Assembly: GCA_947085015.1 (NCBI GenBank)
Contig: CAMTUV010000005.1
Span: forward strand, 63 to 64,062
DNA from: an uncultured Nitrospirota bacterium
GTDB taxonomy: Bacteria > Nitrospirota > Thermodesulfovibrionia > Thermodesulfovibrionales > UBA6898
Direction of reading: 5' to 3'
Length of the DNA: 64,000 nucleotides
Position 1 is the stretch's first letter. Each line of letters begins with the position of its first letter. The position numbers were made by a program, and so were the translations under genes. Shown here piece by piece: positions 45,633 to 56,173 of this stretch. The notes under the pieces are model-generated. The model did no database searches, was not told the origin of the DNA, and was given only the letters and a program-made list of their open reading frames with translations.

Positions 45633-47795
45633 TCATAATCCTCCTGCCTCCTCAGCATGCAGAGCAATAAGGAGCTTCTCGCTCAATGCATGGATCTCGT
45701 CATTGCGTGAACCAAGGCCAAATTCGATCAGCTTTCTGAGAGACTCCAGCGGATAGTTTTCGAGAGATCTGAATATCTCCACCTTCAATCCCTCCATGTC
45801 ACCTCGGTATAAGAGGGCTCTCGTATGGCAGATCTTTTCGAGCGTTTCAACTGCCTTTATATCTCCTATCTCGCCCAGCGCCCGCACAATGTCAGTCTTA
45901 TAGTAGGCCTCGGTTCCGAAAAGATCGCGCTTCTCCAGATACTTTATAAGATACGGTACCGCTTCTTTCACCCGGTATGTGCCTGATAGCCGTATGGCGC
46001 TGGTCCGGACATCCTGCGCCTTGCTCTGAAGGCATGCCCGCAGCTGGGGTATAGCATCAAGCGTCTTAAAATGCAGAAGCGTTTTCAGGGCTTCCATGCT
46101 GACATGGATGTTTTCGTGCTTAAGGAACTTGCGGATCTTTTCGAGCTGCTTTTTTCCGTTGCAATCGCGGATAAGGCAGATCATGTTTCTTACAACAAAC
46201 CAGCGGCTGTCATTGAGCCGTTGTACAGCCAGGGGAATCACATCGCTTCCAATCGCCTCAAGCATGGAGAGCAGGAATTTTCTCATGCTTGCATCATTCT
46301 CTTCCTCCAGTACATCAAAAAGCGGGACTGTGATAGAGCGCCGCAAAGCCCTGGCAAGCCTGATCGCTCCGTCCCGATCCCTTCTTCCCCATAGCCTGAA
46401 GGCCTCAACAAGCTTTGCGATGAACTCTTCGGAGTGAAAAAAATAGTCAACAATGCTCGATGCTTCGTCCTTGAATTTCCCGCTGAGAACATGGCTAACG
46501 AGGGTGTTATAGGTATTCAGGATCTCCTCAAAACGGCCGGTCTCGGTGAAAACATTCATAAACTCAGAAAGCTTGGTAATGAGAGTCAGGTAGTCTTCCG
46601 GCTTCAGATAGTCCTCATACAGGAGTTCAAGCATGATCTCAAGAGCTTCTTTGTCAACAGCCTCCTCCTCGCATTGTTTCCTGAAGCGGATGAACCTGTT
46701 ATTATCCTCTGCCTTGACCGCGAGCATGCGATCAAGCTCTCTCTGGTATTCCTTTCCCACATAGGCATGAAAATGATCCTCGCCAAAGAGCTTGATCACC
46801 TCGTCGCCAAGCTCGATATCATGGAGAACCGCAGTATCGTTATAGAAAAAATCAAACTGTTCCAATTTGCCCTTCTTAATGGAAGAAAGCTTATCAATAA
46901 GATTTTTCAGGGTTGTCGGAATGATCGAAGAATTCTCGGTCAAGAGCTCTGCGATCTTTTCAAAACCCTCAGGGGTCATCCCATTGATGATGGCCTCTAC
47001 ATCTCCTATATCTTCAGTAAGCCTTGATCCTGCCCTTGAGAGAAACTGCCGCTTGATCTCAGGCTTGAGCCTGTCGATAAAGGAAAAGAACTTGGTGAAC
47101 GCCTCCCTGCTGATCTTTGTCTCGCTTTTTTTCCTGATATACGCAGTGATCACATGGTCATAAGACTCATTATTCGCCCGTTCCGGCAAGGCGGTATTGA
47201 CCATGTCAGCTACGGTTTCCGGGGGTATAGAAAGGATGTCCTCAATGCCGTATCCCTCGCCAAGCTTGCCCTCAAGAAGGCCATATACATAATCTTCCCA
47301 GACATCACCACGTTCTCTGCCGGACCTCTGGGCACCTTCAATAAAAGAGAAATTTTCCAGCTCAATCGGGCTGAGTCTGATATGGCAGATCTCCTTTTCC
47401 GCAAGCTCGACAAGTTCCTTGCCTATGGGTGTATCCTTAACCGAAATGAGCTCATGGAGCCTCGTCAGATCTCTCTGGTTCAGTCCAAGGGAAAACGTAA
47501 CTGCAGCAATGCCCTTTGTATGCAGGGTCTGGGCAAACTCCCTGAAAACAGGATTCCTGCGGTCAAGGGTGTATTCATCAACAATAAGAACCTCCTTGGC
47601 AATGCCGAGCGAGATCTCGAACCTTATCTCGAAAAGTTTCTGCAGATGCTCGTAAGCTCTTTCAATAGAGGTTCTGACAATGGGGTGCTCAGGCGGGTAC
47701 AAGCCGACACTGCGCCGCGAAATGTTCAGCTCAATAACAGCATCTGAAAGCAGTTTCGCATCAAGGGGAAGTTTTTCCTGTTTCTCTTCTGGCAT
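45633..47795 (-). CDS. HEAT-repeat protein sharing an N-terminal module with the downstream HD-GYP protein
   Basis: 720 aa with C-terminal HEAT-like repeats (..DVRTSAIRLSGTYRVKEAVPYLIKYLEKRD..). The stop lies 3 nt before the HD-GYP start. Confidence 0.6.
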   Translation of the reverse strand: MPEEKQEKLPLDAKLLSDAVIELNISRRSVGLYPPEHPIVRTSIERAYEHLQKLFEIRFEISLGIAKEVLIVDEYTLDRRNPVFREFAQTLHTKGIAAVTFSLGLNQRDLTRLHELISVKDTPIGKELVELAEKEICHIRLSPIELENFSFIEGAQRSGRERGDVWEDYVYGLLEGKLGEGYGIEDILSIPPETVADMVNTALPERANNESYDHVITAYIRKKSETKISREAFTKFFSFIDRLKPEIKRQFLSRAGSRLTEDIGDVEAIINGMTPEGFEKIAELLTENSSIIPTTLKNLIDKLSSIKKGKLEQFDFFYNDTAVLHDIELGDEVIKLFGEDHFHAYVGKEYQRELDRMLAVKAEDNNRFIRFRKQCEEEAVDKEALEIMLELLYEDYLKPEDYLTLITKLSEFMNVFTETGRFEEILNTYNTLVSHVLSGKFKDEASSIVDYFFHSEEFIAKLVEAFRLWGRRDRDGAIRLARALRRSITVPLFDVLEEENDASMRKFLLSMLEAIGSDVIPLAVQRLNDSRWFVVRNMICLIRDCNGKKQLEKIRKFLKHENIHVSMEALKTLLHFKTLDAIPQLRACLQSKAQDVRTSAIRLSGTYRVKEAVPYLIKYLEKRDLFGTEAYYKTDIVRALGEIGDIKAVETLEKICHTRALLYRGDMEGLKVEIFRSLENYPLESLRKLIEFGLGSRNDEIHALSEKLLIALHAEEAGGL

Positions 47796-48066
47796 AGTGT
47801 TCCGGGCTACTAGTTATCAAAATCAACAGCCAGCTTGATTATATCATGCATTTCCGGGATAACAACAGAAGGTATTTGCCAGGCTCATTTTCGCTGATAT
47901 CAGATACGCAGGCATATCTGAAAAAGGTTATTTAAAGGCAGGATAACGTATAATAGTCAGCATCCAGTAGTCAGTTGCCAGAATAATTCTTGGCCGTATA
48001 TCCGCATAATCTTCATATTCTGACTTCTGAATCCTGAATACTGAATTCTCTGACGGGGGTATTATT

Positions 48067-49341
48067 ATGAAAGTACTGGTAATCGGCAGCGGAGGAAGGG
48101 AACATGCAATCTGCTGGAAGCTTTCCCAGAGCAGGTCAGTTGACAAGATCTACTGCTGCCCCGGCAATGCCGGCATTGCACAGATTGCGCAATGCATATC
48201 AGTTAATCAGAACGATTTTCATGCTCTCCTTGATTTCGTCAAGTATGAATGGATAGACCTGACGATCGTTGGGCCGGAAGACCCGCTCTCCAGAGGCATT
48301 GTAGATCTTTTTGAAAAAGAAGGCAGAAAAATCCTCGGACCGACAAAAGCAGCTGCACAGCTCGAATCGAGCAAGGTCTTTTGCAAGGACCTTCTGAGGT
48401 CCCACGGCATACCCACTGCTGAATACAAAGCCTTTACCTCCTATGTTCATGCTGAAGAGCATGTGCGCTTCAAAGGTGCGCCTATCGTGATAAAAGCTGA
48501 CGGCCTTGCTGCTGGCAAAGGCGTTTTTATCGCCTCCACTGTGGAGGAGGCCCTTGACGCCCTCAAGGTGATCATGAAAGACAAGGCTTTTGGAGAAGCT
48601 GGAGAGAGGGTGATCGTAGAGGAATGCCTTCAGGGAGAAGAAGCTTCTTACATGGCATTCACCGACGGAAAGACCATTGTGCCGATGGTAAGCTCCCAGG
48701 ACCATAAGAGGATTTGGGACGATGATAAAGGACTGAACACCGGCGGTATGGGAGCTTACAGCCCTGCCCCGGTCATAACACCTGAAATCGAAAAGATCGT
48801 CATGGCGAAGATCCTCGAGCCCACAGTCAAAGCGCTCCGTTCTGAAGGCATCATCTATAAAGGCATCATCTATGCAGGGCTTATGATCCATAATGGCGTG
48901 CCTTCTGTGCTTGAATACAATTGCAGGCTTGGCGACCCGGAAACACAGCCTGTGCTCTCAAGGCTCAAGACCGATTTCATGGAGATCGCCATGGCAATAG
49001 CTGAGGAGCGTCTCTCTGATATCACTATCGAATGGATGCCTGATCCTGCTGTCTGCGTTGTGGTCTCATCAGGGGGATATCCCGGCAAGTATCGCAAAGG
49101 CGACGTTATCACAGGCATTGATGAGGCAAACATGCTCGAAGGTGTCCAGGTCTTTCATGCCGGTACAGCTTTTAAGGAGGACAAGGTCGTCACCTCAGGT
49201 GGAAGAGTCCTTGGTGTAACAGCAACCGGCCAGGATGTTGCAACAGCAAAGGCACGAGCTTATGAGGCTGTTCAGAAGATCCATTTCAACGGCATGCATT
49301 ATCGCAACGATATTGCGGACAGGGCTCTTAAAAGGCAGTAA
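48067..49341 (+). CDS. purD: phosphoribosylamine-glycine ligase
   Basis: 424 aa. MKVLVIGSGGREHAICWKL and an ATP-grasp core (IVIKADGLAAGKGV). Confidence 0.95.
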   Translation: MKVLVIGSGGREHAICWKLSQSRSVDKIYCCPGNAGIAQIAQCISVNQNDFHALLDFVKYEWIDLTIVGPEDPLSRGIVDLFEKEGRKILGPTKAAAQLESSKVFCKDLLRSHGIPTAEYKAFTSYVHAEEHVRFKGAPIVIKADGLAAGKGVFIASTVEEALDALKVIMKDKAFGEAGERVIVEECLQGEEASYMAFTDGKTIVPMVSSQDHKRIWDDDKGLNTGGMGAYSPAPVITPEIEKIVMAKILEPTVKALRSEGIIYKGIIYAGLMIHNGVPSVLEYNCRLGDPETQPVLSRLKTDFMEIAMAIAEERLSDITIEWMPDPAVCVVVSSGGYPGKYRKGDVITGIDEANMLEGVQVFHAGTAFKEDKVVTSGGRVLGVTATGQDVATAKARAYEAVQKIHFNGMHYRNDIADRALKRQ

Positions 49342-49379
49342 GGCGTGACACATTAAAAAATGACGGAAAAAGATAGATA

Positions 49380-50225
49380 ATGAAAACCTTCATGGACTGC
49401 CTGCCCTGCTTCCTTAAGCAGACAGTCATCGCCTTAACTCAGCATGGATCCGATGAGAGCACTCAGCAGGCTGTCTTTAGGGACGTGCTTTCGATCATGC
49501 AGGATACGGATATGAGCAAACCTCCTGCGTACACCACAACGCTGATCCACAGGGCAATACGCCGGGGCATTGCAGGAGATCCTTTCGAAAAGATCAAACG
49601 GGAATATAACGACATCGCTCTCACCCTGTATCCAGGACTCAGGGAACAGGTAAAAAACAGCCCTGATCCTCTCAAAACTGCAGCACGGCTTGCCATCGCA
49701 GGCAACATCATAGACTTCGGCATATTCACGAGCATTGATATCGAAAAATCGATTGATCAGTCCTTGAAGTCAGAGATAGCAGTAGATGACTATGACGCCT
49801 TCATTCAGGATCTTTCTTCCGTGCGGGAGATCCTTTATCTGCTGGATAATGCAGGCGAGATCGTTTTTGACAGGCTTCTGATAGAAGAACTCCGCCTTAA
49901 GGGCAAGCAGGTCAAGGCTGTAGTAAAAGGTTCGGCAGTGCTGAATGACGTCACACAAGAGGATGCCGTCCAGGTCGGTCTTGATACCGTATGCGAGGTC
50001 ATAGACAACGGCTCTGACGCGATCGGCACTATACTTCCCTGGACATCATCCGGATTTCAAAAGGATTTTGACAAAGCAGAGCTTATTGTCAGCAAGGGAC
50101 AGGGAAATTTCGAAACGCTCTTTGGAACTGCAAAAAGGACCTACTTCCTCTTTCAGTCAAAATGCGACGTGGTTTCCAGGGAATTGGGACTTCCGGTCTG
50201 CTCTATGCTCTTCAGGAAATCCTGA
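49380..50225 (+). CDS. DUF89 (ARMT1-like damage-control phosphatase) family protein
   Basis: 281 aa with the N-terminal MDCLPCFLKQ motif and the ..DNAGE..FD.. and SKGQGNFE signatures. Confidence 0.75.
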   Translation: MKTFMDCLPCFLKQTVIALTQHGSDESTQQAVFRDVLSIMQDTDMSKPPAYTTTLIHRAIRRGIAGDPFEKIKREYNDIALTLYPGLREQVKNSPDPLKTAARLAIAGNIIDFGIFTSIDIEKSIDQSLKSEIAVDDYDAFIQDLSSVREILYLLDNAGEIVFDRLLIEELRLKGKQVKAVVKGSAVLNDVTQEDAVQVGLDTVCEVIDNGSDAIGTILPWTSSGFQKDFDKAELIVSKGQGNFETLFGTAKRTYFLFQSKCDVVSRELGLPVCSMLFRKS

Positions 50226-50265
50226 AGAGCTGGTCAGGCTGCCTTAGCTGACACTTCCCGGACAG

Positions 50266-50577
50266 TTAGTCTCTGTCTCTTGAGCCGCCCCTGCCACCTG
50301 ATCTCTGTCTGAATCCGCCTTCTCTCTTCTCCATGGGCTTTGCCTCGTTCACCACAATCGCACGATCCATGAACTGCTGACCGTTGAACATGGTGATAGC
50401 CTTCTGCCCGTCCTCATCAGAGACCATTTCAACAAAACCGAATCCTCTCAACCTGCCTGTGGCATTGTCTTTGATCAATTTAACGTTTGCCACTTCTCCT
50501 GCCTGCGCAAAATGGTTCTGCAGGTCTTCCTCACTGGCCCTGAATGAGATGTTCCCAACATACAGTCTCGTACCCAT
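50266..50577 (-). CDS. RRM-type RNA-binding protein
   Basis: The ATG at 50577 follows GGAGGA. RNP2 is LYVGNI and RNP1 is RGFGFVEM. The C-terminal tail is Arg/Gly-rich. Confidence 0.85.
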   Translation of the reverse strand: MGTRLYVGNISFRASEEDLQNHFAQAGEVANVKLIKDNATGRLRGFGFVEMVSDEDGQKAITMFNGQQFMDRAIVVNEAKPMEKREGGFRQRSGGRGGSRDRD

Positions 50578-50702
50578 GCTTCCTCCTAAAGAAATAAACC
50601 TCCTGAGCACCTAAAGATGCCGTCACAGGATAGCCTAAATATGCCTAATGCCTGCGCTTTTGTCAAGGAATTATTACAGAACTTCCTAAAGATGACAATG
50701 CT

Positions 50703-51347
50703 GTGCTACCATCTCCCATGGAGATCATCAGACCATCTGAATCGGGCACGGATAAAGCCATCAGGCGGCTGCGTCAGTTGCTTGATAATGCAGAAATCAT
50801 TGCCTATCCGACTGAGACTTTTTACGGACTCGGCACAAGATACGATAGTGAAGACTCACTTGAAAGACTTTACACTCTAAAAAAGCGGCCTCCTGAAAAA
50901 GCCATGCCGCTCATAATCGGCAGGACAGAGCTATTGTCTCTGCTGACACCCGTAATACCTGAAGTTGCAGAGAGACTTATGAAAAGATTCTGGCCTGGAG
51001 CCCTCACCCTTATTTTTGAGGCGCGAGAAAAACTTTCGCTCCATATCACTGCCGGCAGCGGCAAGGTGGCTGTCCGTATTCCGGGACCATCCTTTGCTCT
51101 TGACCTTGCCAGTCATCTTGACTACCCCATAACCTCTACCAGCGCCAATATGACCGGCATGCCTCCGGCTGAGACTGCGGCTCAGGTCATGGACTATTTT
51201 GACACTGCTCCCATCACCATCGTTGACTGCGGAAAGACTCCGGGAAATGCACCCTCCACTATTGTAGATGTGACCGGTTCCGAGATCAGGATAGTCAGGC
51301 AGGGAATGATTTCATCTAAAGCGATTATCTCTGCAGTTCAGCTATAA
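50703..51347 (+). CDS. tsaC: L-threonylcarbamoyladenylate synthase (TsaC/YrdC/Sua5 family)
   Basis: YPTETFYGLG, ..KKRP..KAMPL.. and SANMTG motifs. The start is uncertain (GTG at 50703 or ATG at 50718). Confidence 0.8.
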   Translation: MLPSPMEIIRPSESGTDKAIRRLRQLLDNAEIIAYPTETFYGLGTRYDSEDSLERLYTLKKRPPEKAMPLIIGRTELLSLLTPVIPEVAERLMKRFWPGALTLIFEAREKLSLHITAGSGKVAVRIPGPSFALDLASHLDYPITSTSANMTGMPPAETAAQVMDYFDTAPITIVDCGKTPGNAPSTIVDVTGSEIRIVRQGMISSKAIISAVQL

Positions 51348-52042
51348 CCGAAGGCTGCCAGGTGCAGAAGAAACGCAAAACCTTTCGCCATTTCGATCCA
51401 TCCGGTCGCTTGCAGGCCTACCCGGTAAAGGGTCAAGGCAAAGACCAGGTTGTCAATGAAAGGCATAAGCAGGAAAACGCGGTATCCCATACCCCCAAAA
51501 AGCCCGGCTGCAGCCCCCACGTAACAGAACATGACCACTCTATGATGAAATTTTCTCGTAAGTTGAATACGCACGCGGAACACTCCTGCAACAAAGAAGA
51601 CCGCAACAACGAAAAAGAGTCGCCCGTCAAGGCCACTGCCGACAATTGCCTTTGCAATGAGAGCAGCGAGTGACAGGAGGATGAAGCCGATTACTTCTGT
51701 AGCAATGGCATGTTCACCCAGAAATAGCAGCGACAGGATGTAGACTGCAGGAAAAGCAGCATACGGAAGAAGCTGAAGGAATCCGTATTCTTTATAGAGC
51801 GGACAGAGGAGCACTGAAGCACCAAGGATATGGAGACCAAAGACCATCCCCGGCACGGTCCGCGCCTTTGAGGCAGCACGCATCCAGACCGTAACAGCCT
51901 GCTTGGCATTGATAAGGAGCGCCAGTGCAAGGAATCCTGCAAGGGCCTTTATATTGATCTGACGGGCTGCAACAAGGCCGGCAAGATAGGCCATGGTCAT
52001 AACGCCCCAGGACCCGTATTCTTTTAGAAAATATTTATGCAC
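51338..52042 (-). CDS. polytopic integral membrane protein, family uncertain
   Basis: 234 aa, hydrophobic throughout. The 3' end overlaps the tsaC 3' end (convergent). Confidence 0.5.
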   Translation of the reverse strand: MHKYFLKEYGSWGVMTMAYLAGLVAARQINIKALAGFLALALLINAKQAVTVWMRAASKARTVPGMVFGLHILGASVLLCPLYKEYGFLQLLPYAAFPAVYILSLLFLGEHAIATEVIGFILLSLAALIAKAIVGSGLDGRLFFVVAVFFVAGVFRVRIQLTRKFHHRVVMFCYVGAAAGLFGGMGYRVFLLMPFIDNLVFALTLYRVGLQATGWIEMAKGFAFLLHLAAFGYS

Positions 52043-52269
52043 TGTTCCATCCCGAATGCTTCAGCATTTTCATAGTATCTCAACAATACCGGCAGAATAA
52101 AATGAGCTGCATCATATTCCCCGTAATCGGAAAACAATAATAGTGGATGGGTTATGTAAAGACCTGTTCGTCAAAAAATAGAATTACTTGATGGATAAAA
52201 AAGTATCAGGAGAATTGCAGATTATGTAAACCACGCCCGCCTGAGCCGGAACATCCCTGATATATGTGG

Positions 52270-53898
52270 TCACACTTTGTGGTTCTTGCTTTTCTTGTTC
52301 TCATACATCATCCTGTCTCCCCGGTTCAGAAGTTCCTCGATAGAGCAGGGCTGTTCAGGATCATAAAACGCAATACCATAACTTATGGATATCTTGTAAT
52401 TTCTGCTGGACTGGGCATTGACCTGAGCGATATTCTTATGCAAGCGCTCCAGAACCAGGTCGAGCAAGGCATTGTTGACAGCTGCCGGCATAACCACGAA
52501 CTCGTCTCCACCAATTCTTGCTGCAACATCAGATTCCCGAAAGGTTTCCCTCAGGATTCCGGCCACCTCGATCAGTGCCTTGTCGCCTTCCTGATGTCCA
52601 AAGGTATCGTTAATGGTCTTGAGGTGATCGAGGTCAGCATAAAGGATTGACATCTTATTTTTCATGCGGTTAACGATCTTCAAATACTGTTCGGCCAGAG
52701 CAAGAAATCCCCTGCGGTTGTGCAGTCCGGTAAGCGGATCGGTCAGCGACAGAGATCGCAACTCCTCTTCCATACGCTTGCGGTCACTGATATCCTTTGA
52801 TATAACCGTTACAGAAACAATGTTTCCTTCCTGATCCTTTACAGGGCTGAGCGTCTGCAGAAAATATCTGCCATCCCTCTTGCTCTGGTGCTCATTCTGC
52901 CATGATTCACCGGTCTTAAGGACCTTATTGACATTTTCCGTAAATTTTGCGGTATCTTCCGGCGCATGGAATTTACTGTACAGCTGCCCAATATACTGAT
53001 CATCTCCCAGGCCCATCCGCAAGAGATGCTTCTTGTTTATGAAAAGATATTGATAATTCCTGTCCACAAGATAGATCGAGTCTTCGGTAGATTCGATAAG
53101 AGATCGATACTTTGCTTCAGCATCCTGAAGGGAACTTTCAACCTGCCTTTTTTCGAGCATCTCCCTTTCGACCGTTTCGTGAGCCTGCACGATCTCCCGC
53201 GTCCTCTCTTCAACAAGCGTCTCAAGATCCTCCTGATGCTTTCTCAGTTCTTCTTCAGCCCTGTCTCGCAAGCGAATGCTTCGATTCGCTTTCATGGCGC
53301 TGATAACAACACTCACAAGAAGACTCAGCGCAACAAAAAAAACAACCGCTGATGACCCAGAAATGAGCCTGCCCAGCTTTACCCTGCCTTTCGTTATGTC
53401 ATAGTAAAGCTCAAAAGCACCGTTGAACTGTTCCCCCTTCATGAGCGGAACATAGGTCTCAACCACATCCCTGGTCATTACCTGATCCTCAAGAGAGCGA
53501 GATGACTTCTTCACCACCTGTGTATAGCTGCTACCTCTGGCAACGATCTCAACAAAGTACTTCTTCCTGTTTATCTCGCCAATGTCTTTGGCCTCAGTGG
53601 AATAGATAATCTCCCCTGACGGCGCAAACACCTTTACTTTCACCAGCTGCATATCCTTTGCGCTCTGCTCAATTGCCTGCTCAAAGGCCGGGGTTATCAC
53701 CTCTTTAGTCAATGCTCTGTTTCCGGGAATCAGCCGGGAAGCAAGATGCTCTGCGAACCTCGCAGCCTCTTCTTCTGTCCTCTCGGTAAGGAGCTTATCA
53801 AAAGATGGATAAAGAAAAAAGAAGGTATAGATGGGAAGGAACACCACTGAACAAAGTGATATCAGAAGAATTCCCCTAAGCAGATTAGATCTGACCAA
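52270..53898 (-). CDS. sensor diguanylate cyclase (TM-periplasmic-TM, PAS, GGDEF)
   Basis: 542 aa. The GGDEF active site is RIGGDEFVV. A PAS-like region lies upstream. TTG start with a G-rich SD. Confidence 0.85.
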   Translation of the reverse strand: MVRSNLLRGILLISLCSVVFLPIYTFFFLYPSFDKLLTERTEEEAARFAEHLASRLIPGNRALTKEVITPAFEQAIEQSAKDMQLVKVKVFAPSGEIIYSTEAKDIGEINRKKYFVEIVARGSSYTQVVKKSSRSLEDQVMTRDVVETYVPLMKGEQFNGAFELYYDITKGRVKLGRLISGSSAVVFFVALSLLVSVVISAMKANRSIRLRDRAEEELRKHQEDLETLVEERTREIVQAHETVEREMLEKRQVESSLQDAEAKYRSLIESTEDSIYLVDRNYQYLFINKKHLLRMGLGDDQYIGQLYSKFHAPEDTAKFTENVNKVLKTGESWQNEHQSKRDGRYFLQTLSPVKDQEGNIVSVTVISKDISDRKRMEEELRSLSLTDPLTGLHNRRGFLALAEQYLKIVNRMKNKMSILYADLDHLKTINDTFGHQEGDKALIEVAGILRETFRESDVAARIGGDEFVVMPAAVNNALLDLVLERLHKNIAQVNAQSSRNYKISISYGIAFYDPEQPCSIEELLNRGDRMMYENKKSKNHKV

Positions 53899-54040
53899 TC
53901 GTTATTTCCCCCCGGTTCGTAACTCGGCGCAGCATGAATATTCTCATGTTTTTCGTTGATTTTTGCAAGCATCATGATACTCGGCAACCCGATTTGCAGC
54001 CTATCTTCAGGTATTGAGTACCGTGCAGCTCTTACGATAC

Positions 54041-55264
54041 TTAGGCTTTTCTCATGCCTTTGGGATTCCAGGGTGCAAATTTCAGGAGAAGCAGCATCCC
54101 AGGAAGCGCGATAACAACGCAGAAGATAAAGAAACTCTCCCACCCCATATGTTTTGCAAGAAAACCGGTCGGCGCAGAAGCCAGGACCCTGGGGACTCCC
54201 ATGAGGCTGCTCAGCAGGGCATACTGTGTGGCAGTAAATTTTCTATTTGTAATGCTCGCCATAAATGCAGCGTACGCAGCGGTACCCATGCCGGCTGTCA
54301 GGTTCTCAAAGGCGATGACCCCGGAAAGCGCGGGCAGACTGTACCCGATTCGCGCCAGGACTGCGAAGCCTGCAGTTGATATTGCCTGGAGAAATCCAAA
54401 TATCCAGAGTGAACGGTTAATCCCAATGCGCAGCATCAGTATTCCGCCGATCAGGCTGCCTGCTATAGTAGCCCAGAAACCAAAGAGCTTTACAACAGCG
54501 CCGATCTCAGTCTTCGAAAAACCTATGTCAAGATAAAAGGGCGTTGTAATGGCGCTCGCCATCGTATCCCCGATCTTATAAAGCAGGATAAAGGCAAGTA
54601 TCAGGATAGCGTTCTCCCTGCTGAAGTACTCTGCTAGGGGTTCCACGATGGCCTCGCGCAGCGACTTCGGCGTGCCGTGGGCAAGAGGCGGCTCGGGCGT
54701 AAGAAGTGTCGTTATGATCCCCGGCAGCATGCAGGCCGCCATGATAACATACGCTGCAGTAAAGGAGAGAAAATCGGCGATGATCAGTCCGCCTCCCGAA
54801 GCAAGAAGCATCCCCAATCTGTATCCGTTAATGTAAAACGACGAACCGAGCCCGAGTTCCTCATCTGCAAGGTCCTCTCTGCGGTAGGCATCTACCACGA
54901 TGTCCTGCGAGGCGCTGAAGAAGGTAACGAGAAGCGCGGCAATGACCATTATCAGAGGGTTACGCGCAGGGTCTGCAAAGGCGAGCCCTGCAATCGCAGC
55001 CATCAGCGCTATCTGCGCAATCAGGAGCCATCCTCTTCTGCGTCCCAGCAGCGCGAAGGTAAAGCGATCAAAGACAGGTGCCCAGAGGAACTTCAGGGTG
55101 TAGGGGAGTCCGACCAAGGCGATCAGGCCGATCATGGTCAGGTCGATGCCCGCGTCCTTCATCCAGGCCTGGAGTACTCCGGAGGTCAGAAGCAGCGGCA
55201 GACCACAGGCAAAGCCCATGATAAAAGAGACAAGCATGCGCCTGCTGAAGATCACGTTGAACAT
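54041..55264 (-). CDS. ampG: MFS transporter, AmpG family (muropeptide permease)
   Basis: 407 aa, about 12 TM helices. AmpG-typical LKFLWAPVFDR. Confidence 0.75.
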   Translation of the reverse strand: MFNVIFSRRMLVSFIMGFACGLPLLLTSGVLQAWMKDAGIDLTMIGLIALVGLPYTLKFLWAPVFDRFTFALLGRRRGWLLIAQIALMAAIAGLAFADPARNPLIMVIAALLVTFFSASQDIVVDAYRREDLADEELGLGSSFYINGYRLGMLLASGGGLIIADFLSFTAAYVIMAACMLPGIITTLLTPEPPLAHGTPKSLREAIVEPLAEYFSRENAILILAFILLYKIGDTMASAITTPFYLDIGFSKTEIGAVVKLFGFWATIAGSLIGGILMLRIGINRSLWIFGFLQAISTAGFAVLARIGYSLPALSGVIAFENLTAGMGTAAYAAFMASITNRKFTATQYALLSSLMGVPRVLASAPTGFLAKHMGWESFFIFCVVIALPGMLLLLKFAPWNPKGMRKA

Positions 55265-55983
55265 CAGATCGGCCTCAATATAATCAGCCCGGGCCTGCCC
55301 TTTATATAATGCATGAAATCCTGATCGACTATTTTTCGAAGATCATGTAATGAGGAGGCATGACGCAGAAAAAGAGAAACTCCTGCCCTGATAATGATCC
55401 CGACATGGGAGACATCAAGCCCTGCTGAGTGTGAATAGATCCCTGCGTAGTCGCCTGTCCTGAGCCGCTGCCGCATGGTTTCATCCATTTCATCCGTGGG
55501 GATATAGGTAATTGTTCTGTCAACAGGATCCACCCCGCTGAGAAAAAGAGTCCCGTCCTCTTTTCGATTCAACGTTTTTTGCAACTCCCTTACCTTGCCC
55601 TTTCCCGTTTCCTTTGATGCATCTCTCACAAAGGCTGACCGGTATTCAGCCCAGTCAGTAAAGAAATGGTTCCTCGTCCTGTATGAGATAAGGTTACCTC
55701 TGTACCTCACCTGCGCAAGTCCATTCTGAAAATCCGAAAAAGAGCTCGATAACCTCATGACCTCGACATAATCAAGAAAGGTGAAGCAGTCCATGGCGCT
55801 TAGATCGATCACAAGCTCTTCTTCACTATTCTCGCTGCCGATAAGAGTCGCTTCCTGATAGGGGGTGTTGAGAAAATGTTCTGAAATAAGGGCGATGCGC
55901 TGTCCGGGATCAGCAATCTTTGCCGCCTCCCGAATAATGCGGTCAAGTTCGTCTTCTGTCCATCTGCCAATATTGATATGCAT
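55264..55983 (-). CDS. DUF1460 (amidase-like) domain protein
   Basis: 239 aa. PYQEATLIG....LVIDLSAMDCFTFLDYV pattern. The stop overlaps the ampG start (TGATG). Confidence 0.6.
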   Translation of the reverse strand: MHINIGRWTEDELDRIIREAAKIADPGQRIALISEHFLNTPYQEATLIGSENSEEELVIDLSAMDCFTFLDYVEVMRLSSSFSDFQNGLAQVRYRGNLISYRTRNHFFTDWAEYRSAFVRDASKETGKGKVRELQKTLNRKEDGTLFLSGVDPVDRTITYIPTDEMDETMRQRLRTGDYAGIYSHSAGLDVSHVGIIIRAGVSLFLRHASSLHDLRKIVDQDFMHYIKGRPGLIILRPI

Positions 55984-56173
55984 TCTTCAGGAAAATTATC
56001 AGATGCCTCTCAAAATAGCAAGGCAACCTCAATAATTGCCGGGCTATTAGGATTCTGTCAGTTGGCTGTAGAACTTGTGAAAGAAGGTTGCCGGTTCAAT
56101 AATGAAGTGCAACCCCTGGGGCAGTTGAACAAGTATCAGGACGGACAGACATTTTTTTATCAAATGTCCCCAA

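Noticed and set aside
51338-52042. Assignment of the 234-aa membrane protein to the YwiC-like family
   Set aside because: Only a vague N-terminal resemblance (..EYGSWGVM..) from memory, which is insufficient to name the family.
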